A stretch of DNA of 64,000 bases from Dehalococcoidia bacterium. Its GTDB lineage: Bacteria > Chloroflexota > Dehalococcoidia > UBA2979. The stretch is from the NCBI GenBank assembly GCA_963667465.2, contig CAXXDN010000002.1, positions 128,001-192,000 on the forward strand, read 5' to 3'. Each line of letters begins with the position of its first letter. The stretch's first letter is position 1. Shown here piece by piece: positions 19,483-27,954 of the stretch. The notes beneath the pieces are model-generated. The model was not told the origin of the DNA. It ran no database searches and saw only the letters and a list, made by a program, of their open reading frames with translations. The translations under genes and the position numbers were made by a program.

Positions 19483-20679
19483 CTAGCGCAGCGCCAGCAT
19501 GCGCTCGAGGGCGATGCGGGCGTGCGCCTTCACGTCCTCGGGCACGACGATCTGGTTCACGGTGTGCCCGGCGGCCAGCGACTCCATCACCCACGCCAGG
19601 TAGGCGGGGTGCACTCGGTACATCGTGCTGCAGGGGCAGACGACGGGGTCGAGGCAGAACACCGTCTTGTCCGGGTGCTCCTTGGCCAGCCTCGAGACGA
19701 GGTTGATCTCCGTACCCACGCCAATCACTGAGCCGGCGGGCGCCTCCGCGACGTAGTTCGCGATATAGGCCGTCGAGCCGATCGCGTCGGCGGCCTGCAC
19801 GATGTCGTAGCGGCACTCGGGGTGGACGACGATCTGGACGTCCGGATAGCGCTCGCGGGCCTCCTCGATCTGCGTCGTCGTGAAGCGCTGGTGCACGGAG
19901 CAGTGGCCCTGCCAGAGGATGATGCGCGAGCGCTCCAGCTGCTTCGGCGCGGCGCCGCCGAGGTTGCCTGCGGGCAGCCGCCAGTTCCAGAGCGTCATCT
20001 CCTCGAGCGGGATACCCATCGCGTGGCCGGTGTTGCGGCCGAGGTGCTGATCGGGGAAGAAGAAGACTCGCTTGCCCTGCTCGAACGCCCACTCCAGCAC
20101 CTTGACGGCGTTCGAGGAGGTGCAAACCACCCCGCCGTGCTCGCCGCAGAAGGCCTTGAGCGAGGCCGCAGAGTTCATGTAGGTGACGGGAATCAGATCC
20201 TCGGTCGACCCGAAGAGGTCGCCGAGCTCCCGCCAGGCGATGTGCATGTCGGCGGGCGCGGCCATGTCCGCCATCGAGCAGCCGGCCTCCATGTTTGGCA
20301 GCACAACCTGCTGATGTGGGGCGGAGAGGATGTCGGCCGCCTCGGCCATGAAGTGCACGCCGCAGAAGACGATGTACTCGGACTCCGGTCGCTCGGCTGC
20401 GTACTGGGCGAGCATGAAGGAGTCGCCGCGCTCGTCGGCGAACTGGATGATGTCCTCGCGCTGGTAGTGGTGGCCGAGGATGACGCCGCGGTCGCCGAGG
20501 CTGGCGCGCGCCTCGCGCACGCGGGCGACGAGTTCGTCGCTGCCGAGCTGCCAGTAGGCCTCCGGAATCTCGCGCTGCCAGGAGCCGAAGGAGGCCTCCT
20601 GCGAAAGCGGCAGCGTCTCGATCCCGACATCGGACTCGCACTGGAGCTGGGGTACGGGACGGGCGATCGAGGAGACCAT
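19483..20679 (-). CDS. nadA: Quinolinate synthase
   Basis: LGHHYQ, FCGVHFMAE, AGCSMA, YMNS, CTSSNA, GHCSVH, HPEC, CPCSTM. Confidence 0.97.
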   Translation of the reverse strand: MVSSIARPVPQLQCESDVGIETLPLSQEASFGSWQREIPEAYWQLGSDELVARVREARASLGDRGVILGHHYQREDIIQFADERGDSFMLAQYAAERPESEYIVFCGVHFMAEAADILSAPHQQVVLPNMEAGCSMADMAAPADMHIAWRELGDLFGSTEDLIPVTYMNSAASLKAFCGEHGGVVCTSSNAVKVLEWAFEQGKRVFFFPDQHLGRNTGHAMGIPLEEMTLWNWRLPAGNLGGAAPKQLERSRIILWQGHCSVHQRFTTTQIEEARERYPDVQIVVHPECRYDIVQAADAIGSTAYIANYVAEAPAGSVIGVGTEINLVSRLAKEHPDKTVFCLDPVVCPCSTMYRVHPAYLAWVMESLAAGHTVNQIVVPEDVKAHARIALERMLALR

Positions 20680-20739
20680 GGGGGAGCCCTCATTCCTGCG
20701 GCGCTGCGGACGCGAGAGCGACGCGGCAGCCGCGCGCTA

Positions 20740-20766
20740 CACTTCGTGTACGAAGTACGCTAAGTG
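20740..20766. promoter_or_regulatory. Candidate NrtR operator upstream of nadA
   Basis: Imperfect palindrome CACTTCGTGTAC-gaa-GTACGCTAAGTG with a central GT-N7-AC. Confidence 0.7.
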
Positions 20767-20775
20767 ACAGCGTAC

Positions 20776-20805
20776 ATGGTACGCGAAGTACCGGAGGGTC
20801 GTCAA
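20776..20805 (-). promoter_or_regulatory. Sigma70-like promoter of the nad operon
   Basis: Minus strand TTGACG-N18-TACCAT. Confidence 0.6.
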
Positions 20806-20820
20806 ACCTGCGATGTCCTG

Positions 20821-21120
20821 CTACGCGCGGCCAGCCACCGTCGGGAGTTCCTGCACAGCGGCGCCAACTCGCTGCTCCGCGGTGGCGAGGTCGAACTGTG
20901 TCTGGAGGTTCAGCCAGAACTGGGGATCGACTCCGAACCAGTGACCGAAGCGAAGGGCGGTGTCGCCGGTCACCGAGCGCTTGCCGGCGATGATCTGGCT
21001 GATGCGGTTGGGCGGTACGTCGATCTGGCGGGCGAACTCGGTGGGGGTGACATCGAACTCGGCCAGTTCGTCCTTGAGGATGAGCCCGGGGTGAACCGCT
21101 TGTCTGAACATGTACCCCAT
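20821..21120 (-). CDS. higA: Type II TA antitoxin, HigA
   Basis: HPGLIL, FARQIDVPPNRISQII.GKR.VT.DTALR, FWLNLQ. Confidence 0.92.
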   Translation of the reverse strand: MGYMFRQAVHPGLILKDELAEFDVTPTEFARQIDVPPNRISQIIAGKRSVTGDTALRFGHWFGVDPQFWLNLQTQFDLATAEQRVGAAVQELPTVAGRA

Positions 21121-21131
21121 CGTCCCCTCAG

Positions 21132-21416
21132 CTAGTGGTAGTCCACGATCTCAACATCTGTTGGGCCGGGCTCGCCGTCGTGCCAGGTGAAGCAGACACG
21201 CCATTGCCGGTTGATCCGAATCGAGTACTGCCCGTCCCTCGTGCCTCGCAGAGCTTCCAGGCGGTTGCTCGGCAGTCTTCGCAGCGTATCCAGGGATGGC
21301 GCGGCGTTGAGAATCGAGAGACGCTTCGCCGCCTGGTCGCTGAATCCCTGGAAGGCGGAGACGAACGCCCCGCTTGCGAACGACTCTGTCCGCCTGTCCC
21401 GATAACCAAGGATCAT
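21132..21416 (-). CDS. higB: Type II TA toxin, HigB (plasmid maintenance killer type)
   Basis: PSNRLEAL.G.R.GQYSIRIN.QWR.CF, VEIVDYH. Confidence 0.92.
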   Translation of the reverse strand: MILGYRDRRTESFASGAFVSAFQGFSDQAAKRLSILNAAPSLDTLRRLPSNRLEALRGTRDGQYSIRINRQWRVCFTWHDGEPGPTDVEIVDYH

Positions 21417-21425
21417 GCTCACGTC

Positions 21426-21456
21426 AGCCTAGTCAGTCTTGACGTTGTACGTCAAG
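21426..21456 (-). promoter_or_regulatory. higBA promoter with palindromic operator
   Basis: TTGACG-N18-TAGGCT on the minus strand. Palindrome CTTGACGT-tgt-ACGTCAAG at 21438-21456. Confidence 0.7.
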
Positions 21457-21532
21457 CGTACGCGGGGCGCCTTGAACCTCAAGGCCCACCCCGCCTTGCC
21501 GCCCGCAGCCCCGCCCCCCTACGATCACTCGT

Positions 21533-21621
21533 GGAGGGGTCGCATAGTGGCCTAGTGCGGGCGCCTGCTAAGCGCTTATCCCTGTTCGGGATCGCGGGTT
21601 CGAATCCCGCCCCCTCCGCCA
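21533..21621 (+). tRNA. tRNA-Ser (GCT)
   Basis: Acceptor stem GGAGGGG/CCCCTCC, anticodon loop CTGCTAA, long variable arm, GGTTCGAATCC, encoded CCA. Confidence 0.97.
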
Positions 21622-21699
21622 TCCGCACCGCACTCGTCCTCGGGCCCGCCCCGAGGCGGCACGCGCGGGCGGCGCCGCACATCCGACGGGAGCAGCCTC

Positions 21700-23034
21700 G
21701 TGCCCACCTTCCACATCTGGACGCTCGGCTGCCAGATGAACCAGGCCGACTCCCTGCGCCTCGCCGCCGGCCTCGAGCGCAGCGGCTACGCGCCCGCCGA
21801 GGACCCCGACCGCGCCGACCTTGCCGTCGTCAATACCTGCGCCGTCCGCCAGCACGCCGAGGACCGCGCCGGCGGCCGCCTCCACGCCCTCAACCAGCGC
21901 CGCAAGCGCGGCGAGCGCTTCCAGATCGCCGTGATGGGCTGCATGGTCGGCCCCGAGGGGGACAAGGAACGCGCCGCCCTCGCGCGCCGCTTCCCCTGGG
22001 TCGACGTCTGGGCGCGACCGCAGGAATACGAGCCGATCCTGGAGGCGGCCGGGCTGGCGCGCGACGTCTCCGAGGGCGAGTTCTGGGCCGAGACCTTCGG
22101 CGAGCCGACCGGGCCCACGGCCTATGTGCCCGTCGTCCACGGCTGCGACAAGTTCTGCACCTACTGCATCGTGCCGCTGCGCCGCGGGCGCGAGCGCTCC
22201 CGACCCGTCGCCGAGGTGCTCGGCGAGGTGCGCTTCCTCGCCGCCCGCGGCGTCCGCGAGGTCACGCTGCTCGGCCAGACCGTCGAAGCCTACGGCCACG
22301 ACCTCGAGGAGCGGGCGGACCTCGCCACGCTGTTCGAGGGCATCGAGGCGATCGAGGGCATCGCGCGCACGCGCTTCCTCACGTCGTACCCGAAAGACAT
22401 GACGGACCGCATCATCGACGCCGTCGCCGACCTGCCGAAGGTCTGCGAGCACTTCAACATCCCCGTGCAGTCCGGCGACGACCGGATGCTGGAGCGGATG
22501 CGGCGCGGCTACACCGTCGCCGAGTACGAGGAGCGCGTCGAGCGCATCCGCAGCCGCATGCCGGACGCCGCGATCGCCACCGACGTGATCGTCGGCTGCC
22601 CCGGCGAGACGGACGAGGAGTTCGCCAGCACCGTCGCGCTCCTCGAACGGATCGGCTTCGACGTGATCCACGTCGCCGCCTACTCGCCGCGGCCCGGCAC
22701 CTTCGCCTACCGCAAGCTCGAAGACGACGTGCCGCGCGCGGTCAAGAAGGCGCGGCTCAAGGTGATCGAGGCGATCCACGCCGAGAGCGCGGGCGCCCGC
22801 AATCGCGTGCTGCTCGGCGAGACCGTCGAGGTCCTCGTGGAGCGCGAGGAGGACGGCCGCGCCAGCGGCCGCACGCGCGGCGGACGCATCGTGCACTTCG
22901 ACTCGGCCGGGTCCGGAGCCGGACTCGTCGGCGAGCTCGTCGGCGTGGAGATTGCCGAGACGACGTCGTGGTCGCTGCGCGGTCAGCACGCGGGCGCGGT
23001 GCGCGGCGGCGACCTCCTGCTCAACGTGATCTAG
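21700..23034 (+). CDS. miaB: tRNA methylthiotransferase MiaB
   Basis: TLGCQMN.ADS, NTCAVR, CDKFCTYC (radical SAM), YSPRPGT, C-terminal TRAM domain. Confidence 0.9.
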   Translation: MPTFHIWTLGCQMNQADSLRLAAGLERSGYAPAEDPDRADLAVVNTCAVRQHAEDRAGGRLHALNQRRKRGERFQIAVMGCMVGPEGDKERAALARRFPWVDVWARPQEYEPILEAAGLARDVSEGEFWAETFGEPTGPTAYVPVVHGCDKFCTYCIVPLRRGRERSRPVAEVLGEVRFLAARGVREVTLLGQTVEAYGHDLEERADLATLFEGIEAIEGIARTRFLTSYPKDMTDRIIDAVADLPKVCEHFNIPVQSGDDRMLERMRRGYTVAEYEERVERIRSRMPDAAIATDVIVGCPGETDEEFASTVALLERIGFDVIHVAAYSPRPGTFAYRKLEDDVPRAVKKARLKVIEAIHAESAGARNRVLLGETVEVLVEREEDGRASGRTRGGRIVHFDSAGSGAGLVGELVGVEIAETTSWSLRGQHAGAVRGGDLLLNVI

Positions 23035-23044
23035 GGGCTGCGCG

Positions 23045-23689
23045 ATGTCCGGCGGACCGGCCGTCGCCACGATCCTCGTGATCTTCGCGATCATCGAGGA
23101 GCGCCTGCAGGTGCTGCTCGTGCACCGCGATGAGCCGCCCGAGGCGGAGCTGTGGGCGCTGCCCGGCGGGCTCTGGGACGGCGGCCGCACGCTGGAGCAG
23201 GCTGCGCAGGCGAAGCTCTTCGAGGAGACCGGCGCGCGCGACGTCTACCTCGAGCAGCTGTTCACCGAGTCCGGGCTCGACCCGACGCAGCAGGGCGTCG
23301 CCATCGCCTACTTCGCGCTGGTCGAGGCGGAGGCGGTGCGGCTGCGCGAGAGCGCGCACGACGCCTGGCGGCCGGCCTGGCTGCCGGTGGACGACCTGCC
23401 GCCGCTGGCCTTCTCCAACGGCCGCGTGATCTTGCAGGCCGTCGAGCGGGTGCGGGCGAAGCTGGACTACACGAACATCGCCTACGGCCTGTTGCCGGAG
23501 CGCTTCACGCTGCGCGAGCTGCAGGCCGCCTACGAGGCGATCCTCGCGGCGCGCCTCGACCGCCGCAACTTCCGCAAGCGCATGCTCTCAACCGCGCTGA
23601 TCGAGGCCACCGAGGACGTGCGCCGCGAGGGCGCCCACCGCCCCGCCCGCCTCTACCGCTTCACCAGCCGCGAGCCCGTCTTCCTGTAG
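23045..23689 (+). CDS. nrtR: NUDIX-wHTH transcriptional regulator, NrtR family
   Basis: WALPGG, L.EETG...YLEQL, LLPE.FTL.ELQ..YE.IL...LD.RNFRK, HRPARLY. Adjacent to the nad operon. Confidence 0.88.
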   Translation: MSGGPAVATILVIFAIIEERLQVLLVHRDEPPEAELWALPGGLWDGGRTLEQAAQAKLFEETGARDVYLEQLFTESGLDPTQQGVAIAYFALVEAEAVRLRESAHDAWRPAWLPVDDLPPLAFSNGRVILQAVERVRAKLDYTNIAYGLLPERFTLRELQAAYEAILAARLDRRNFRKRMLSTALIEATEDVRREGAHRPARLYRFTSREPVFL

Positions 23690-23697
23690 GCGCCCTG

Positions 23698-23735
23698 CCC
23701 CCTCGCCCCTGGCGGGAGCGGGTTGAGGTGAGGGG
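23698..23735. repeat. REP-like palindromic intergenic element
   Basis: CCCCCTCGCCCCTGGCGGGAGCGGGTTGAGGTGAGGGG resembles the CCCTCTCCC-N-GGGAGAGGG-N-GGGTGAGGGG repeat class. Confidence 0.55.
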
Positions 23736-23765
23736 ATCCGCCGTCCCTGGCGGGAATAGGACAGC

Positions 23766-26321
23766 CTAGTCGAGCTCGGTGAAGCCGATGATGCTCGCCC
23801 AGCGCCCCTCGCCGATGACTTTCCCGTCGAGCAGAACGCGGCAGGGCTGTTCGACTGGGCACTCCACAAGGGCGCCAGGCTCGCGCTGTGGACGACTTGC
23901 CCGCACTTCGCTGGGCTCGACATATTCGATCTCGCCCGTCGAGACGGTGAACCGGATATACGAGTACTTGGTGGATCCGAGCAGCGATTGGCCGTCGTCG
24001 CTCCAGACCAGGTTATGCCAGCTGAGCTTGGGCACCCGATCAGGCTCATGGCGGGCACGCATGCGTCCAGAGGGGAGATCAAACACGAACACGGTTTCCG
24101 AGGTGGGCCAGCGTATCTCGCGGTTGTGAAGATAGTCGTCGGGGGCCTCGTCCCTTTCACGGACGATCGCGACGCGCCGACCATCGGGCGAGACCACGAC
24201 CTGAGTGAAGCGCTCCCTCTCGGTGAGCGCGTCCTGGAGCAGGACAGCGCGCACCTTTCCATCAGGTGCGAGGTAGCGCACCGTGCCTTCTTCCACGACC
24301 ACGAAGCCACCTCTCGCGTTCCAGAGCGGGAGCGTGCGCCACTCACCGAACCCACCCAACCCCACGCGCCACCAGGCACGGGGCAAGAACTCCCAACCCG
24401 TCACGAACTCCACGCGCCACTCAAAGACTCGCCAATCCCGACCACTGCCTGTGTCGTGGACCATCACCTGCTCGCGCCTGTGCCAGCGCCGCCCACCCGC
24501 CGCGTCCGTCCCGGACTCGACGCCTTCCAGACTGTAAGCGACCAACGGCCCGACCATCTCGACGGGGGCAGGCTGGTGGGCAGGCGTGGCCAGCTGGACT
24601 CGTTCGCGAAGCACCACGCCCCGGACGTCGAGCGGCTCGTCGAGTTCGATCAGGTGGGCAGCGACAATGTCGCCTTCCCAAACCACGCGTTCGTCGAACA
24701 AGAGGATGCACTTGTCCCGGTACAGGTCGGCGCAAAGCACTGGAGATAGCATGTCCCGGCGATCGACTTCAGCCCGGAATTCGGCATGTGAGAGCGCCTC
24801 ACTCTCGCCACTCTTCAGGTCGAGGACGCGGGCGCTCAGTCCGGGCTCCGGCCGCCCCATCTCCCAGTGAGTTCGCGCCCGGATGACTCCATCAACAATG
24901 CTCTCATCGACCTCGATCGGACTCCTGTCGCCGAACTCGAAGTACACGTAGTGGGCAAGGTGAGGCCCCCAGATGGCATGATCCGACGATCTCTCCCACC
25001 ACCGATAGGGGATGATGCCCTGCCCATCAGCAACGTTCACCGTCCAGACCACTTCCCCCGTACCTGTCTCGATCACGTCAAAACCTCGCTGGAGGTAGGC
25101 ACCATTAGGGGGGATCTCCTCATCGTAGCCGCGAGGAAGGACTACCTCCCCGGGGGGGATCGCGTGGCGGAAGTCCGGTGAAAGGAGCCACCCCTCCGGA
25201 AGCACCCGCACATCCCCGGCAAGCGTGAGGATGGCAAACCTCGGATTCGGAAAGTAAGGCCACTCGCCGTAGTGAAAGCGGAAGAAGATGCTCAGCGAGT
25301 CACTGCTGGCGCTCCAGCGACCGAGCCCGAAGCGGACCGTCCCTGTCGCCTCGAAGAGCCCCTGTAAGCGGCGATCACGGCCGGTCACCCTCAGGAGCTC
25401 ATCGCCGGTGGCGACATTGAGCACTACGAGGCCGTGCGGCCCTTCGTATCTGTCGCCGTAGACGATTGCCACCTTCGCCCCGTCGGGAGAGACCGCTACT
25501 CCTCGCACGGTCTGGTCTGCGAACAAGGTCGCCTCGGGTAGCCCGTTCAGGCCCACGCGGCGGACCTGCTCCTCGTCCCAGGCGATGAGGCCGGTACCCG
25601 CCACAGCTACTGCGGCGGCGTGTTCAGAAAAATCGAAGCGGGTGTGTTCATAGTCGAATGCGAACCAGTACCTGTCCGTGCTGGTGTCATATACGTAGAC
25701 CAACCGCCGCGACACCCACTCGTCCTCCTCTCGCTCGTACCTGTCGGTGATCACGATGATCAGCGGGCCACTTACCGTCACCGAGGGCGTCGCGGCAGCG
25801 GCGGGCGTAGCTGTTGCGGACGGCGCAGCGGTGGCGATGGCTGTCGCCTTTTCCGTCGGCGTAGCGGTGACCGTCGTCGTCTCGCGAGGTACGGCGGTCG
25901 CGGTAGCGGCGGGCGTAGCTGTTGCGGACGGCGCAGCGGTGGCGATGGCCGTCGCCTTTTCCGTCGGCGTAGCGGTGACCGTCGGCGTCTCGCGAGGCGC
26001 GGTGGTCGCGGTAGCGGCGGGCGTGGCTGTTGCGGACGGCGCAGCGGTGGCGGTGGCCGTCGCCTTTTCCGTCGGCGTAGCGGTGACCGTCGGCGTCTCG
26101 CGAGGCGCGACGGTCGCAGCCGGGGCGGGCGTCGCGGTCGCGGTCGCCACCGGCGAGGGAGCCACGGGCTCCTCGTCGCTCTCGCAGGCGAGCGTGAGCA
26201 GGGCGACCAGCGCGAGCAGACCCGCGAGCCCGCGCGCCAACCGCGGGGCGATGCGTCGGCTATCGGTGCGTGTGTCGGCCAAGCGCAGCCCTCCTCGGTC
26301 CGCCGCCAGACATCCCGACAA
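23766..26321 (-). CDS. Putative lipoprotein with Pro/Thr/Ala stalk and two beta-propeller-like modules (start uncertain)
   Basis: Lipobox LLTLA-C, PTA-rich repeats, two SPDG motifs, internally duplicated C-terminal part. Confidence 0.8.
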   Translation of the reverse strand: MSGCLAADRGGLRLADTRTDSRRIAPRLARGLAGLLALVALLTLACESDEEPVAPSPVATATATPAPAATVAPRETPTVTATPTEKATATATAAPSATATPAATATTAPRETPTVTATPTEKATAIATAAPSATATPAATATAVPRETTTVTATPTEKATAIATAAPSATATPAAAATPSVTVSGPLIIVITDRYEREEDEWVSRRLVYVYDTSTDRYWFAFDYEHTRFDFSEHAAAVAVAGTGLIAWDEEQVRRVGLNGLPEATLFADQTVRGVAVSPDGAKVAIVYGDRYEGPHGLVVLNVATGDELLRVTGRDRRLQGLFEATGTVRFGLGRWSASSDSLSIFFRFHYGEWPYFPNPRFAILTLAGDVRVLPEGWLLSPDFRHAIPPGEVVLPRGYDEEIPPNGAYLQRGFDVIETGTGEVVWTVNVADGQGIIPYRWWERSSDHAIWGPHLAHYVYFEFGDRSPIEVDESIVDGVIRARTHWEMGRPEPGLSARVLDLKSGESEALSHAEFRAEVDRRDMLSPVLCADLYRDKCILLFDERVVWEGDIVAAHLIELDEPLDVRGVVLRERVQLATPAHQPAPVEMVGPLVAYSLEGVESGTDAAGGRRWHRREQVMVHDTGSGRDWRVFEWRVEFVTGWEFLPRAWWRVGLGGFGEWRTLPLWNARGGFVVVEEGTVRYLAPDGKVRAVLLQDALTERERFTQVVVSPDGRRVAIVRERDEAPDDYLHNREIRWPTSETVFVFDLPSGRMRARHEPDRVPKLSWHNLVWSDDGQSLLGSTKYSYIRFTVSTGEIEYVEPSEVRASRPQREPGALVECPVEQPCRVLLDGKVIGEGRWASIIGFTELD
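25798..26105 (-). repeat. Coding tandem repeat, about 3 x 108 bp (36 aa)
   Basis: CTCGCGAGG recurs at 25881, 25989 and 26097. Unit PRETPTVTATPTEKATA.ATAAPSATATPAATAT. Confidence 0.9.
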
Positions 26322-26368
26322 TCACAGGACGCCTCACGGGGCCGGCGAGTTCCCGCAGGCGCGACCCG

Positions 26369-27130
26369 CTACAGCTCGATCAGGCCGCCGTCGACGCCGA
26401 GCTCGACGCCCAGCACGTAGGACGAGTCGTCCGAGGCGAGGAAGAGGGCTGCCTTCGCGATCTCGTCGGGCGTGCCCTCGCGGCGCATCGGGATGAGGCG
26501 GCGGCTGATGAAGTCGCGCGTCTCCTCGGTCATCGTCGTCGAGAGGATCGGCGTGTCGATCAGGCCGGGGCGGATCGCGTTGACGCGAATGCCGCGCCTC
26601 AGCAGCCCCGCGCCGAGCGAGCGCGTGAGCGACCTCGCCGCGGCCTTCGAGGCGCCGTAGACCGCGCCCTCGGCGTAGCCCTGCTGGTCCGCGCCCGAGG
26701 TCATGATCACTATCGAGCCGCCGTCGTTCATGCGCGGCGCGGCCTTCTGGACCGTGAAGAACACCGACTTGAAGTTCAGCGCCGCGACCGCGTCGAAGTC
26801 CTCCTCGGTCACCTCGAGGAAGGGCTGCGGCGGGTTGTCCCCGCCCGCGTTCACGACCACGACGTCGATCGGCCCCAGTTTCGCCGCGGCCTCCTCGAAG
26901 AGCCGCTCGAGCTCGTCGACGCTGGTGACGTCGCAGGGGATGGTGATCGCCCGGTCGCCGAGGGCGACCGAGGCGGCGTCGAGCCGGCGCGGGTCACGCC
27001 CGCAGACGGCGACGCGTGCGCCCTCGGCAAGAAACAGGCGCGCAACGGCGAGGCCGATCCCGCTCGTCCCGCCGGTGACGACGGCGACCTTGCCTTCGAG
27101 CTTGCCGCCTCGCGCGCCCTCTGTCGCCAT
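26369..27130 (-). CDS. Short-chain dehydrogenase/reductase
   Basis: TGGTSGIG, VVNAG, YGASK, IRVNAIRPG. Confidence 0.93.
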   Translation of the reverse strand: MATEGARGGKLEGKVAVVTGGTSGIGLAVARLFLAEGARVAVCGRDPRRLDAASVALGDRAITIPCDVTSVDELERLFEEAAAKLGPIDVVVVNAGGDNPPQPFLEVTEEDFDAVAALNFKSVFFTVQKAAPRMNDGGSIVIMTSGADQQGYAEGAVYGASKAAARSLTRSLGAGLLRRGIRVNAIRPGLIDTPILSTTMTEETRDFISRRLIPMRREGTPDEIAKAALFLASDDSSYVLGVELGVDGGLIEL

Positions 27131-27184
27131 CTCGCCACCTTCCGCGGCGCCGAACGGGCATCAGCGTGCAGACCCCTCTAGCAG

Positions 27185-27736
27185 TTACGCGTCTGTCCCG
27201 TAGACCGCGTCGAGTTGCGCCTTGATAGCCGCTGGTAGGCGAAGCGCGGGGCCCTGTTGGTCTTGCAGGAGTGCCAGGATCGCCACCGCGTCACTCGGCG
27301 TGTGGGACGCTACCCATCGGGCAAACCGCTCGTAGCTCCAGGTCCACCGGAATGCCCGCACCTGGACGAAGCGAGCACTCTCCTCAAGCGTGAAGGAGTC
27401 ATTGGCCACACCTAGCGCGAAGACCGCAAGCTCTGTGTCTGACGCAACGCAGTAGAAGTCGTTGATGTACAGGAAGCCAAGCATCGCTGCCAGGGCGAGT
27501 CGCTTGTTTCCGTCTACGTAGGCGTGCCCTTTGTTCAGGTGGTAGTGGAGAGCCGCCGGCTTGGTTTGGGCAGTCCGGTAGTAGCGCCACTGCGGCTGAC
27601 CGAGAGCCGAGAGGAGGCGCCCCTTACCTGCATCTCCTGCGAGTTGGAATGCAGGCGTGTCGGGGAACAGGCGCGCAGTCAAACCCTCGATGATGTCGTC
27701 GATATCGGCTTCGTCGAGATATCTTAGGCGACTCAG
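27185..27736 (-). CDS. Doc/Fic family toxin (probable CTG start)
   Basis: HAYVDGNKRLA Doc-type motif. The frame is open to CTG 27736, giving a Doc-like N-terminus SRLRYLDEADI. Confidence 0.85.
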   Translation of the reverse strand: MSRLRYLDEADIDDIIEGLTARLFPDTPAFQLAGDAGKGRLLSALGQPQWRYYRTAQTKPAALHYHLNKGHAYVDGNKRLALAAMLGFLYINDFYCVASDTELAVFALGVANDSFTLEESARFVQVRAFRWTWSYERFARWVASHTPSDAVAILALLQDQQGPALRLPAAIKAQLDAVYGTDA

Positions 27737-27897
27737 TGCTTCTCAAGCTCCTTCAGCACGCCCTTGTGCCTCCGGACGATGTCGCCGACTGCATCCTTGA
27801 CGGTGCGTGGAGTCCGCACCTCGGCGTGGCCTGCTCCCGCGTTCCTAGCGGTGCGCGGCGAAACGCGGCGTTGTGGCTCTACCGGCTGTCTGGCCAT
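27733..27897 (-). CDS. Small putative antitoxin of the Doc toxin
   Basis: 54 aa with C-terminal helix DIVRRHKGVLKELEK. 4-nt overlap with the toxin start. Confidence 0.65.
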   Translation of the reverse strand: MARQPVEPQRRVSPRTARNAGAGHAEVRTPRTVKDAVGDIVRRHKGVLKELEKH

Positions 27898-27954
27898 CTG
27901 ACCACCCCTTGGCATCCGTCAGGCTACTAGCTTACCACCAGGAGTCATGCTGCC

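Noticed and set aside
20800-21455. CGTCAA flanking the second HigBA as a target duplication
   Set aside because: Only 6 bp, and both copies are explained as -35 boxes (TTGACG) of separate promoters.
21533-21700. tRNA-Ser as an island integration site
   Set aside because: No duplicated tRNA 3' end or integrase was seen. The HigBA pair lies upstream of the tRNA.
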